Source: Eledone cirrhosa (Eukaryota). From it: a DNA stretch of 64,000 bases. The notes beneath the pieces are model-generated. The model saw only the letters and a program-made list of their open reading frames with translations, had not been told where the DNA came from and ran no database searches. How positions within the stretch are numbered: the first letter of the stretch is position 1; every line of letters starts with the position of its first letter. The stretch spans positions 253,270,001-253,334,000 of the forward strand of contig OZ024742.1 in assembly GCA_964016885.1 (NCBI GenBank), in the 5' to 3' direction. This document shows positions 42,653 through 56,400 of the stretch, piece after piece. Position numbers and translations under genes: made by a program.

Positions 42653-45600
42653 CATCATCATCATCATCATCATCAACGTTTAACGTCCGTGTTCCACGCT
42701 TGCATGGGTTTGGACGGGGGTTTTCCCACTTGAGGCAAGAGTGATTGTCTTGCTCGCATAGGACTGTCTGGCAGGTTTTCTACAGTTGGATGCCCTTCCT
42801 AACACCAACCACATTTACAGTGTGGGTCCGGGAGGTTTTTACCGTGTTGCCTACACGGCCACATTACAGCGTGGACTGTGTGTTTTTTTGTCGTGACACC
42901 TACACGATCTCATTTGTTTCGGCCTGGATGGTGTGGCACCAACATAACTTTACATAGAAGGGGGCGGTGTGGATGGGGTGGGGGTGGTGGGGGTGGGACG
43001 GGGTGTATTTTGTTAGAGATGCCTACTGATGTAGTAGGTTTTACTTTGTATTTAGGTAAGGCGGGTCTTCTCTATTACTGAGTACCGCCAAAGGTCTCGG
43101 TCCAGTGACATTGTCTTGGTGAGGTGTAAGTGTGTGAAGTCGGAGTTTATCAGCTCGTCCCAGGTTTTTCTGGGTCTGCCTATTCCGTGGCTACCGTCTA
43201 TCTTTATTGCCCTGCACTTTGTTATACAGCTATCGTCCTTCATGCGCATCACGTGACCATACCAACGTAGCCTTCTCTCTAGTAAACAACATCTGATCCC
43301 TCTTATTTCTAATTTTTTCCTCAGTTCGTTTATGCTTTGTCGTTCACGTATATTACTATTACACATCCAGCGGAGCATGCAAGCTTCGTTTCTCACCAGT
43401 CTGCGTATATCCTCTGCACACAATGCCCAGGTCTCACTGCCATGCAACATTGCTGTTCGTATGCAGGCATCGTACAGCCTGCCTTTCATTTTTAGGGAGA
43501 ACCCTTTAGCAGCTAATAGTGGTATAAGCTCTCTGAACTTTTTCCACCCAGTTCTGACTCTAGCTACGGTACTTTCAGAACACCCTCCCCCACTGCTGAT
43601 TTTGTTACCCAGGTAACGGAAGCTGTCCACTATTTCTATAGAGCCCTCTGCGCAGTTGAAAGAGCTAGTATTTTGTGGGCACTTGCTGCTACTTATTGCC
43701 CCAGAACACCGGCCACATGTAAAATCTATGTTCTTAGTTAGCTTACCTGTGATCCCACTACATCTTTTATGCACCCAAACTTTGCATTTGGGACACAAAA
43801 TGGAATTTCTACCTACGCCTTTCCTACACTCTGCGCATGGCCACTTCCCGGAGGGGACCGCCGCCTTATTTTCTTTCTTACAAACTAGAACTTTAGTCTT
43901 AGCCAGGTTAATTTTAAGGCCTTTTGATTCTAGGCCGTGCTTCCTTGTTTGGAATTTCTTCTCTAGCTCGGCCATTGATTCAGTTATGAGCGTTAGATCA
44001 TCTGTGTATAAGAGTTCCCATGGGCAGCCGGTCTTGAACTCCACTGTTATAGCCTGGAGGGCAATAATAAATAGTAGGGGGCTAAGAACAGAGCCCTGAT
44101 GAACACCAACTTTTACACTAAACTCTTCACTATATTCGTTGTTAATTCTAACCTTGCTGACTGTTTCTTTATACATGGCTTGTATAGCTCTCACAAGCCA
44201 TTCATCAACACCTAGTTTTCTAAGAGCCCACCAGATAATGGAACGGGGGACTCTGTCGAAGGCCTTCTCCAAGTCGACGAAAGCTAAGTATAGGGGTTTA
44301 CTTTTAGCTAGGTACTTCTCCTGTAGTTGTCGTACAATGAAAAGAGCGTCTGTGGTACTTTTTCCTGACACAAACCCGAACTGCATTTCATCTAGATCAA
44401 TTCGCTATCTGATTAGTTGCGCTATTACTTTTTCCGTGACCTTCATGACCTGGTCGATTGATTTAATACCTCTATAGTTACTCCTATCTAGGGCATCTCC
44501 TTTACCCTTATAACAGTTAACGATAATGCTGCTACGCCAGTCCTTCGGAACAACCCCGTTCTGTATGACTTGGTTGACTATCCGGGTGACCATGGTGTGT
44601 CCCACCGTACCAGATGCCTTCAGCATCTCGGCAACTATTTCCGAAGGCCCAGCCGCCTTGCCTGTCTTCATATCTTTGATTGCCTTACTTATTATACTAC
44701 CCTCGACTAACACTGCTGGTCCCTCTATTGGGTCGATGTGGGGGAGACTGTCTTTCTCCCATTTATTCTCCTCATTTAGTAGCCTTTCATAGTGACACTT
44801 CCAAGCTACCTTCTTATCGGCGTCGGTGATGGCAAGTACGCCGTCATCGTTAAGTACACACTTCTCCCCGACAATATCACTGTTTTCCTTGACACATTGC
44901 CTAGCAATCCTGAACACCTCACGTTTTTGGTCCTCACGTTGTAGAACATGCTTGAACTTTCTTTCCTCTGCTTCCCTTCTTGCGAAGTACACTTGTCTCC
45001 TAGCTTCCCTCCTGGCCACTTGATAGTCTTCTCTGCTTCCCCCATCCCGCCATACTTTCCAAGCCTACTTTTTGGCCTTAATTGACCCCTCCACTTTACT
45101 GTTCCACCACCATGTTACTCTCCTCCTGCCTACAGGCCTGCTCCAGCCACAGACTTCGTCTGCCGCCGTCAGCAGGTTTGCTTTCAGGAATTCCCACTGT
45201 TCCTCTACCTTGTACGTCTCTAATTGCTCTTCCTCACTGTCGAAAGCATCAAGTAATATGCTTTGGAATTTATTTTTGGCTGTGGGGTCCTTTAGCTTCC
45301 ATATTTTTCTCCTGAGGATAGTCCTCTTCTGTTGTCTAGTTCGTCTCGTCCTGACTATTAGGTCGCTAATTATCAGTCTATGTTGGGAAGTGCATTCTTC
45401 ATGGGGGAGGGATTTAGTGTTTACGACAGTCACTTTGTCACGTCTTCTGGTAAGGATATAATCTACCTGGCTAGTATGTTCCCCTGATCTGTAGGTGATC
45501 AAGTGATTGTCTCGTTTTTTGAAGTTAGTGTTGCAGATAGTTAGGTTATTTGCGTCGCAGAATTCCAGGATTCTGGAGCCTTCCTCATTTCTAGTACCAA

Positions 45601-46600
45601 ACCCATAGCCTCCATGGATTTCGTCGTAGCCGTCACAATGTTGTCCAACGTGACCGTTTAGGTCGCCTGCAATAATTATATAGTCACTTTCGGTTATTTG
45701 GGAGGTAGTGAGCATCAGTGTCTCATAGAATCTGTCTTTTATAGTGCTGGGCAGTCCGGATTGGGGTCCGTACGCGGATATTACTGTCACCGTAGTTCTA
45801 TTGAGGACAAGTCTTATTTTAATTATTCTGTCGTTCACTCTATTTACGTCTATTATCTTATCTGCCCACTTTTCTGCTACCATGATTCCTACTCCACCCA
45901 GCCCATTGTCGTTTCCCACCCAGAAAAGCTTATAGCATCGTTTTCTACCCACAATGTATCTAGCAGATCCACCCCTCCACCTGGTCTCTTGAATACAACA
46001 AACATCGACCTCCTTACGTTCAAGCATTTCTACAACCTCGTTAGAGCGACCCTTTAAGGTGCCTACATTCAAGGTACCAAATCTGAAGTTTTGGATTGCG
46101 TTTGGGGGGTTGGAAAGATGGAGAGCGGGGGGAGATGGGGTTATGTTAGCCATCCGCGGCCGAAACAAAGAGGCATGCTCGCATTCTCGTCCACGAGGTG
46201 TGATTGTCTTTAACTTTGGCATTGTCGCTGAGCGTCCAGATTTTTCTCTCTTCAACTCTCCGGAACTCCGTAGTCCTTCCATCCTACATATCGAAGGCGA
46301 CCAGGTAAGCGATAGTATAGGCCTCTGGCTTATGATTGGTCCACGTAATAATAATGGTGGTGTGTGGGGGCGGAAGGGAGGGGTGTTGAGTTGTTAGCGA
46401 GAAGGATAGGTTTAAGTGAGAACCCCGTATTAACGAACAAAAATACAAGATTTGTTTAGTAAAATACGCCAAAAGCTTCCGTATTTTTACAAGCATGACA
46501 GAAATACAAGAGATTTGTTTTGGAAAATACATGGGGAATGGAAAGAGGATAGAAAAAATGCTATTGGAAGGACTAAAAATGCTGTTGGAAGGACTATGGA
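42653..46600 (-). mobile_element. Near full-length RTE-clade LINE (APE + RT + PHD-like finger)
   Basis: A single frame 46282->43052 broken by two stops (~45065 and ~44405). APE motifs GTLNV, CIQETRW, AGDLNGHVG and SQHRL; RT motifs; (GAT)n tail. The 5' boundary is approximate. Confidence 0.95.
43052..46282 (-). pseudogene. RTE APE-RT polyprotein with two premature stops
   Basis: ORF-track pieces of 405, 204 and 444 aa lie in the same frame. Confidence 0.9.
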
Positions 46601-47145
46601 GTTAGGCGTATGTTAGAAGAGGTAGAAAAATGAGTACATTACATTATAACCATGAATGAATGAAGTTCAGCCACAAGTTTGGCGAAAGTGAATTACTTTG
46701 TCTTATATACATAAAAACAATAAAGTGCTACCTTAGATTTCAAGGTCCAATTATAACCAACTCCACAGACAGTGGATGGCTGTGCTGAATTCATAGACCT
46801 TGATGCAGGAATTTTAAGTGCAAGTTTGTCAACATGTGTGGAAAAATGTGAGTGTGTGCATTTCTGTATGTCCTTCAACATATAGACAACACAACAGACT
46901 TAAAAAAAAGGCCATGACATTTGTCTGGCACACTTATATGCATATATATTATACATATGGTTATTTGTTTTGGTTGTTTGTGTGTATGTGTATATATTTT
47001 ACTGGCATCATAATGGTGGGTAAGAACCTAGTTTTGTATAAAATCCTTTTGTTAAGTTATTTAATTAACGAAACAATAAATAATTTCATCAAACCATTCA
47101 AATTTCTTCATAAATTTTTTAAGTACAGTGTATGTTATTACAAAT

Positions 47146-47678
47146 GTATTGGGTTGGTAAAAATGTCTGTTTGGTTTTTGTGATCACTAAACGTAAAGCA
47201 CTCTAATATGTAGCTAACTTCAGTCTGTTCCTTGTACATGTACAATGTGCTTGAAACTTCAACGTAGTTCAACATGCAATGAGACAGATAATATTTTGCG
47301 TGCTTGGGATCACCCTAAAAATGGAGAACCAAAATGAACATTATCGACACCTCATGTTTTTTTTATTTAAAAAAGTATAAGAAAGAGGTGGCAACCTGCA
47401 GGAAGATATGTATTGTGTAGAGAGAGAATGCTGTTATGGAATGTATGTGCCAGAAGTGGTTTTCAAGATTTTAATTGGGAATTATTTTAGTTCAAGGTAC
47501 ATCTTACTCTGTCCAGCCAACTGAGATTAACAGCGACAAAATGAATGAGTTAGTTGATACCAACCTCTATTATACAGCCAGGATGATCACAAATATTCTC
47601 TAAATATCCAAATCAAATGTTGAAAACCATCTGCATTAACTTGGTTATGATAACAGGCTCGATGTTTGGGTCCCATAT
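47146..47678 (+). mobile_element. Mariner transposon 5' fragment, degenerate
   Basis: TA followed by the TIR-like ttgggttggtaaaaa. Peptide remnants MENQNEHYRHLMFF, CQKWFSRF and ISKSNVENHLH*LGY..RLDVWVP resemble the mariner HTH region and WVPHEL motif. Confidence 0.8.
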
Positions 47679-47829
47679 TGGAGTCGATAAAATAAAGTAT
47701 CGATTTAATTGATTTCCCCCTTCCCTTCAAATTGCTGGTCTTGTGCTAAAAGTAGAAAGTTATTAATATCAAATAATGATACTTCTAAATTTGATGTAGT
47801 CTAATATTAAGTGCAATAACAAAAAATAT

Positions 47830-50800
47830 CTGCAAGTAACTGCTACAACAATATATACATGTAACTACAATAGCAACAGTATTATGTGCACATAACTGCA
47901 ATGACAAAAGTAATAAAATGCAAAAAACTGCAACAACAACAAAAGTAATATGTACACACAACTGCAACTGCAACAACAATATGTACAAGTAACTACAACA
48001 TCAATAATATGTGCACCCAACATTTATATGCAGTTACATGCATCAACGACAATTATATGTTCAAGTAACTGCTACATCAGCAGTAATATGTGCACACAAC
48101 TGCAACAACAACAACAACAGTAATATGTGCACACAACAACAACAACAACAGTAATAAGTACACACAGCTGCAACTGCAACAACAATATGTACACATCTCT
48201 GTAATAACAATAACAATATGAGCAAGTATCTGCACCTACAACAACAACATCTATATGTTCAAGTAACTACAACAACAGCAGTATTATGTGCACACAACTG
48301 CAACAACAACAACATATATATGCACAAGTAACTGCAACATCAGCAGTAATATGTGCACACAACTGCAACAACAACAACATCTATATGTACAAGTAACTGC
48401 AACAACAGCAGTAATATGTGCACACAACTGCAACAACAACAACAACATCTATATGTACAAGTAACTGCAACATCAGCAGTAATATGTGCAGACAACTGCA
48501 ACAACAACAACAACATCTATATGCACAAGTAACTACAACATCAGCAGTAATATGTGCACACAACTGCAACAACAACAAATCTATATGTACAAGTAACTGC
48601 AACAACAGCAGTAATATGTGCACACAACTGCAACAACAACATCTATATGCACAAGTAACTACAACATCAGCAGTAATATGTGCACACAACTGCAACAAAA
48701 AACAACATCTATATGTACAAGTAACTGCAACATCAGTAGTACTATGTGCACACAACTGCAACAACAACAACATCTATATGTACAAGTAACTACAACAACA
48801 GCAGTAATATGTGCACACAGCTGAAGCAACAACAACAACATCTATATGTACAAGTAACTGCAACATCAGCAGTAATATCTGCAGACAGCTGCAACAACAA
48901 CAACATCTATATGTACAAGTAACTACAACATCAGCAGTAATATGTGCACACAACTGCAACAGCAACAACATCTATATGTACAAGTAACTGCAACATCAGC
49001 AGTAATATGTGCACACAACTGCAACAACAACAACATCTATATGTACAAGTAACTGCAACATCAGTAGTAATATGTGCACACAACTGCAACAACAACAACA
49101 TCTATATGTACAAGTAACTGCAACATCAGCAGTAATATGTGCACACAACTGCAACAACAACAACATCTATATGTACAAGTAACTACAACATCAGCAGTAA
49201 TATGTGCACACAACTGCAACAACAACAACATCTATATGTACGAGTAACTGCAACATCAGCAGTAATATGTGCAGACAGCTGAAGCAACAACAACAACATC
49301 TATATGTACAAGTAACTGCAACATCAGCAGTATTATGTGCACACAACTGCAACAACAACAACATCTATATGTACAAGTAACTGCAACATCAGAAGTAATA
49401 TGTGCACACAACTGCAACAACAACAACATCTATATTTACAAGTAACTGCAACATCAGTAGTAATATGTGCACACAACTGCAACAACAATAACATCTATAT
49501 GCACAAGTAACTGCAACATCAGCAGTAATATGTGCACACAACTGCAACAACAACAACATCTATATGTACAAGTAACTGCAACATCAGCAGTAATATGTGC
49601 ACACAACTGCAACAACAACAACATCTATATGTACAAGTAACTACAACATCAGCAGTAATATGTGCACACAACTGCAACAACAACATCTATATGTACAAGT
49701 AACTGCAGCATCAGCAGTATTATGTGCAGACAGCTGAAGCAACAACAACAACATCTATATGTACAAGTAACTGCAACATCAGCAGTAATATGTGCACACA
49801 ACTGCAACAACAACATCTATATGTAGAAGTAACTGCAACATCAGCAGTATTATGTGCAGACAGCTGAAGCAACAACAACAACATCTATATGTACAAGTAA
49901 CTGCAACATCAGCAGTAATATGTGTACACAACTGCAACAACAACAACATCTATATGTACAAGTAACTACAACAACAGCAGTAATATGTGCACACAGCTGA
50001 AGCAACAACAACATCTATATGTACAAGTAACTGCAACATCAGCAGTAATATGTGCACACAACTGCAACAACAACAACATCTATATGTACAAGTAACTACA
50101 ACATCAGCAGTAATATGTGCACACAACTGCAACAACAACATCTATATGTACAAGTAACTGCAGCATCAGCAGTATTATGTGCAGACAGCTGAAGCAACAA
50201 CAACAACATCTATATGTACAAGTAACTGCAACATCAGCAGTAATATGTGCACACAACTGCAACAACAACATCTATATGTAGAAGTAACTGCAACATCAGC
50301 AGTATTATGTGCAGACAGCTGAAGCAACAACAACAACATCTATATGTACAAGTAACTGCAACATCAGCAGTAATATGTGCACACAACTGCAACAACAACA
50401 ACATCTATATGTACAAGTAACTGCAACATCAGTAGTAATATGTGCACACAACTGCAACAACAACAACATCTATATGCACAAGTAACTGCAACATCAGCAG
50501 TAATATGTGCACACAACTGCAACAACAACAACATCTATATGTACAAGTAACTACAACATCAGCAGTAATATGTGCACACAACTGCAACAACAACAACATC
50601 TATATGTACAAGTAACTGCAACAACAGCAGTATTATGTGCAGACAGCTGAAGCAACAACAACAACAACATCTATATGTACAAGTAACTGCAACATCAGCA
50701 GTAATATGTGCATACAACTGCAACAACAACAACATCTATATGTACAAGTAACTACAACAACAGCACTATTATGTGCACACAACTGCAACAACAACAACAT

Positions 50801-51075
50801 CTATATGTACAAGTAACTGCAACATCAGTAGTAATATGTGCACACAGCTGCAACAACAACAACATATATATGTACAAGTAACTGCAACATCAGCAGTAAT
50901 ATGTGCACACAACTGCAACAACAACAAATCTATATGTACAAGTAACTGCAACAACAGCAGTAATATGTGCACACAACTGCAACAACAACATCTATATGCA
51001 CAAGTAACTGCAACAACAGCAGTATTATGTGCAGACAGCTGAAGCAACAACAACATCAGATATATACAAGTAATT
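47830..51075. repeat. Satellite array, ~65-bp dimeric unit (34 + 31 bp)
   Basis: ctgcaacaacaacaacatctatatgtacaagtaa + ctgcaacatcagcagtaatatgtgcacacaa; the number of CAA triplets varies. Confidence 0.95.
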
Positions 51076-51844
51076 GCAATATAATTGATAATATCATGTA
51101 CAATTAATTCTTCTAATTATGTAAATTTATTCATTTTGACATTAATTTTGTTCACCTCCCTTAGTCTTTGATCTGTTGTGTAATGTCTATAGACATTGAT
51201 GACTATTATAACCATCAATATTTTCATCATTTATTATACATGCTGAATAAGTGGCTCTCCCTGCAGTTCATTATGTTTAGATTTTTGATGGTGAAGTGTG
51301 AATATCATTCATAGAAATGATGGTTAACACTTTTGATACAGACTTGACCAACTGGCTTGATTTCCATTAAATCACCCCAAATTCTTCATTCGCCTTGATA
51401 CTGACATAGAACCAAGATCTAATTTGTCTGTCCCCTAACAATTACAATTTATTACTTAAAATGCTGTCTGATGAAGTCGTGTTTGTGGTTGCATGAAGGT
51501 AACATTATGTAATTGTTAACAACACACACATATGTATTACCACAGATTATGAATAAAATACATCTGGCCTTCACAATTATCATTATTTCATGTAGGTCGA
51601 TAAAATAAAATACCAGTAATGCACTGGGTAATTGCTGGCCTTGTGCCAAAAGTATAAACAATTATTTCATGTATACTCTGTCATAGTCAAAGAAATCACA
51701 TTTGGAAGGATACACATGATCTCTGAAACTTGAAACTAATTGCATCATCATTTACTGATAGGAATGTTGCATACACAATCCTGGTTAGTCAACATCGTAT
51801 AACAAAAGTATACATACAAGTGTGTGTGTATGTGTGTGTGTTTA

Positions 51845-51916
<72 letters not shown>

Positions 51917-52427
51917 TGTATATGTGTATATAAGTATAGCTATGTGTGTATGTGCACATATATATATATTTGAGTGTGTCTTTGTGAGCTAATATATATG
52001 TGTATATGTATATATTTATATACATCTATGTATATATATAAAATAGTAAGTATATGTGTGTTTGTGTACATGTGTGTGCATATATGTTTGTATAACACAC
52101 AATCTGTTATATACTTTATTTAGACTTTTATGTATGTATAAGTGTGAGTATATATCTGACAGTTGATATCTTCAATAGCTAACCTGACAGCAAACTTGAC
52201 CCACTAGGACTAATAAAATTATCTGATTTATGAACATCTTGAAATGAAATGAATGTTTCAGTGCAATTTTTATATGAATATGAGGATTTATTCATTTATT
52301 TATGCATTTCACTTTTTATTCATTTATGCTTTAATCTGTCGAATTTTATTCATATTTTCATCTTTATTTTTATTCCTTATCTGGATATCCATAAAATATC
52401 ATTTGGCTTGTACTGTCTATATCTTAA

Positions 52428-52638
52428 TAATGGTTTCTTATATAGGCACAATTTGGGGGGAGGGGAAAGTCGATTAAATCGACCCCAGTGTGTGACTTGT
52501 ACTTTATTTTATCGACCCCATAATGATGAAAGGCAAAGTTAACCTCGGCGAGATTTGAGCTCAGATCATAAAGAGCCGTAACTCTATGCTGCAAAGCATA
52601 GCGTCCGACCCTCTACCGATACTGCCAATCCACCGCCC
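52428..52638 (-). mobile_element. SINE family A with TSD
   Basis: Flanked by a duplicated ctgtctatatcttaataat. Confidence 0.85.
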
Positions 52639-52664
52639 TGTCTATATCTTAATAATAAAAGATT

Positions 52665-54010
52665 ATAATAATGATATAATAATGAAAATATTGTGTACAG
52701 TGCTCAGGGGCACTACAACTCATCAAAAGTGTATGTATAGTACATAGGGTAATGTACAAACGCCAGGAAAATGAACAGAGCATGAGTCATGATATATACA
52801 TGTGTGCATGTGTATGGAAGGGAGACATCAGGTGTAGTTTTGGCGAATTTCAGGAAGCATGAGGGTTTTAAAGGATGCAGTGTCTCGGCAGCTAACAACT
52901 GAGGCAGGCAGTTTGTTCCATGCTTCAGCAACTCTAAATGTGAAAAAATGTTTCCGAAAGTCATGAGAGCTGTGCTGTTTTCTGACTTTATAGGCATGTC
53001 CACGTATGTTAGACACATGGAGATCAAAAAGATTCTCAGGGTTGTTGTTGGCGAGATGGTTAATAAGTTTGTGGGTGTTTACCAAGTCCATTGCCAGACA
53101 TCGGAGCTTCAATGAATCCATGCTCAGGGAAGCGAGGCGTTCAGAGTATGGTAGGTGTCTGATGGAGGGTATGCGCTTGGTTGCATATCTCTGAACAGTT
53201 TCCAGGAGGTCAATGTTCTGAGCAAAATAGGGGTTCCAGACTGATGATGTGAATTCCAAGTGTGGTCACACCATAGCTGTATACAGCTTTAAATAGATGG
53301 AGAGTGGCTAACAAAGGTATTGCTGAGTGATTCCAAGACACCATCGGCCTTCTTGACAATTTTAGAGATGTGCTTTGTCCAACGCAAATCGCTGATGACA
53401 GTAATGCCCAGGTCACGTTCACAAGAGGACTTCTTGATATCAGTGTTGTGGAGGGAGTATGTGGATGCTGGATTTTTCCTTCCAAAATGCATGGTGGTAC
53501 ACTTGTCCACAGCCAGCTTCAGTTGCCAGTCTGTGATCCATTGCTGCATTGTGTCCAGGTCTGATTGTAAGAAAGAGTTATAGATTTCAGGATCTGTCCT
53601 TTTGATTTCAAGGTACAGCTTGATGTCATCTGCATATTTCAGTACTGTGGCATTCTTTAAGTTGGCATCTATGTCATTAATGTATGCAACAAACAAAAGG
53701 GGACCAAGAACAGATCCCTGTGGTACACCAGATGAAATCTCATATGGTGAAGAATGCTGTCCTAGAACCGTGACTACCTCTTTTCGGCTGAGAATGAAGG
53801 ATTTCAACCAGTTAAAAAGATCCTCCTTCACACCCATTGCAGAGAGTTTCGCCATAAGTCTTTTGTGTGGCACAGAATTAAAAGCCTTAGCGAAGTCAAG
53901 GTAAACAACATCCACCCATGAGCCACTGTCAGTGATCCAGGTAATGTCTTCAAGGAACTCGATAAGTTGATCACAGCAGCTGGAGTTAGGGATAAATTCC
54001 TGCTCATTAT
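52665..54010 (-). mobile_element. CR1/L2-like LINE, 5'-truncated
   Basis: DVVYLDFAKAF, SGVPQGSVLGPLLF, KYADDIKLY, ERDLG, LETVQR.ATK and RV..AWNKLP, with an (ATT)n-like tail. Confidence 0.9.
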
Positions 54011-54191
54011 TTCTGATGAAAATGGCAAGACAGTTGAGGTACGTCTGTTGAGGCTAACAATATGGAATTACATAACTGCTATCAATTAGTCAACATATCA
54101 ATATTATCATGGTTAATTTCACCCTTTGAAACGATCATAAAACAATGAAATAATTAAAAACTGAACCTAGTTTTTTGTTTTCAGTGTTCAA

Positions 54192-54260
<69 letters not shown>

Positions 54261-54755
54261 GTGTGTACCTATGTTTATATGTAAATCTATCTATTTATAA
54301 ATACGCATTTATGTTTACACACACACACACACAAATATATGTATATATATGTAAAACACATATGTTTCTCTCTCTTTCTTTACCTCACTACTGCCATCAA
54401 TTTGGGTTCAAAGAAACTGCCCTCCCTCCCTTCTGGAAGTGATAACTATCTAATTTCATTTCTGAAAGATTTTGATGGAAACCTCTGGCAATGAATAATT
54501 TTGGCAAATATAAGTATTTGTTGGGTCAAAGGCCTTCCACTGTCTATTAATTTGCTGAAACATCTTCATATATATTTTTAAATTCTTTTACTGGTTTCAG
54601 TTATTAATCTGTGGCCATGGTGAGACACTGCCTTGATTAATCAATCATACTGACATGAGTAGTACATATTTTTTATCTTTTCCTATTATGCTGTTAACCT
54701 ACAGAACAGAAACACAGATGCACACACACACATATATAAATACACACACACAAAC

Positions 54756-54819
<64 letters not shown>

Positions 54820-54831
<12 letters not shown>

Positions 54832-55130
54832 ACATCATCATTTTACGTCCGCTTTTCCCTGCTTGCAAGGGTGGGACGGGAACTGATTCTGGCTTGATTT
54901 CTACAGCTGGATGTCCTTCCTAACACCAACCTCATTTACAGTGAGTGCTGGGTGATTTCTTTCCGTGGCACCTCCACGACCACTTTGCAGTGGAATGATA
55001 TGGAGCCCAGTCCTATCATCATTTCTACAGCTGAGTAAACTGGAGCAATGTGAAATAAAGTGTCTTTCTCAAGAAAAAACAACACATCGCCCGGTCTGAG
55101 AATTGAACTCAACCTTTTGATTGCAAGGCC
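54820..55130 (-). mobile_element. SINE family B
   Basis: B-box-like gagttcaattctc, CORE/MESC-like body, RTE-type tail and (GAT)n. Confidence 0.8.
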
Positions 55131-55141
55131 ATCTTTCCTTC

Positions 55142-55211
<70 letters not shown>

Positions 55212-55218
<7 letters not shown>

Positions 55219-55690
55219 AGTTAAAAAGAACAGAAAGATGCAGTAAAAGAGATTTATTCGGTTCTGACGTACGTTTCAATAGACATCAATTTGCCTAGAT
55301 CTCGCTACATCTATAATATTATTTATTTAGTAGAGCATTCGATATCCAATGCACAATCGATCCCATACCATCAGAGATTATCATATGGTGATATGGGATC
55401 GATTGTGCATTGGATATCGAATGCTCTACTAAATATATAATATTATAGATGTAGCGAGATCTAGGCAAATTGATGTCTATTGAAACGTACGTAAGAACCG
55501 AATAAATCTCTTTTACTGCATCTTTCTGTTCTTTTTAACTCTTTATACACGCCCCGGAATATAGCTAAACTGGAATATAAACCTTTTTCTGCATTTCGTT
55601 GAGCACCACTCTGTTGTAAGCTGACATTCCACTACACGGTACATAACACTGTGTCCTGGAAAACATTAATGCACTCGTGCATAACCAATT
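55212..55690 (+). mobile_element. Fold-back mini-element in (TA)n with an HHR-like motif
   Basis: 55212-55367 pairs with 55392-55547. GAAA c gtac g TA/TC occurs in both arms, and the minus arm has tct CTGATGG at 55377-55368. Confidence 0.78.
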
Positions 55691-55929
55691 ATATATATAT
55701 ATATTAAACAATTAAGTTAAAAATGTACATCCACATATGTATACTGAAATACTAGTATGCATATGAATACACACACGTGTACATATGTAGATGTACCGAG
55801 TTTTTCACTGGACACTTTACTGTGAGTGTCCAGCTATTCTGTATGTAAACACACAGACAAACCGGTTTTTAGAGTCATACTGGTTTTCGAGGAAACACCT
55901 TTCCTCTATTCTCCAGAAAGCCAGACAGG

Positions 55930-55974
55930 AATATTGGACTAGTTTCGATGTTGTTACATCTCATCAGCAATATT
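55930..55974 (-). ncRNA. Canonical type I minimal HHR
   Basis: aatattg CTGATGA gatgt aaca acatc GAAA ctag TC caatatt: all core bases intact and perfect stems I and II. Confidence 0.88.
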
Positions 55975-56178
55975 TACCTATCTTCCGGCCTTTCTAGAGA
56001 ATCGTAAAAGCACATATCGTTATATGCTTTTTCTATGAAAATTAGTAGTGGGCAGACTAATTTGCATAGAGCGTAAGTACGTACCGGTTCAGCGGAGACG
56101 ATAAAAACAAATAACGAAACGAAATTAAATTTCGTTTCGTTTGTAACTATATTATATATTGTTATATATATATATATA

Positions 56179-56215
<37 letters not shown>

Positions 56216-56307
56216 CGAGGGAAAAGTGGTAAGGAACCAGGTGGACCATAACGCACCAAAGTACTCAATACTTAGGGTAGTAGAGTGGGTAATAGGAGTA
56301 AGTAAGA

Positions 56308-56400
56308 CCCCGACGGCTGAGCTCAAGCCGTTTCGACGGCTAATTCTGTACTGAATGAAAAATCAGTTCTGGTATTTAAATAGCCGAACTTGTCAATGGG
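56308..56400 (-). ncRNA. HHR-like motif with a full stem III and decayed core
   Basis: ccca TTGACAA gttcggcta...tagccgtc GAAA cggct tgagctc agccg TC gggg. Confidence 0.6.

Noticed and set aside
47830-51075. CRISPR-like periodic array
   Set aside because: There are no unique spacers and no cas genes, and the context is eukaryotic. It is a tandem satellite whose unit length is not a multiple of 3.
51469-51500. CTGATGA heptamer as an HHR core
   Set aside because: No properly placed stem II, GAAA or stem I.
56113-56141. Perfect hairpin aacgaaacgaaattaaatttcgtttcgtt as a terminator
   Set aside because: Eukaryotic context. It is probably part of an unclassified repeat and no function can be supported.
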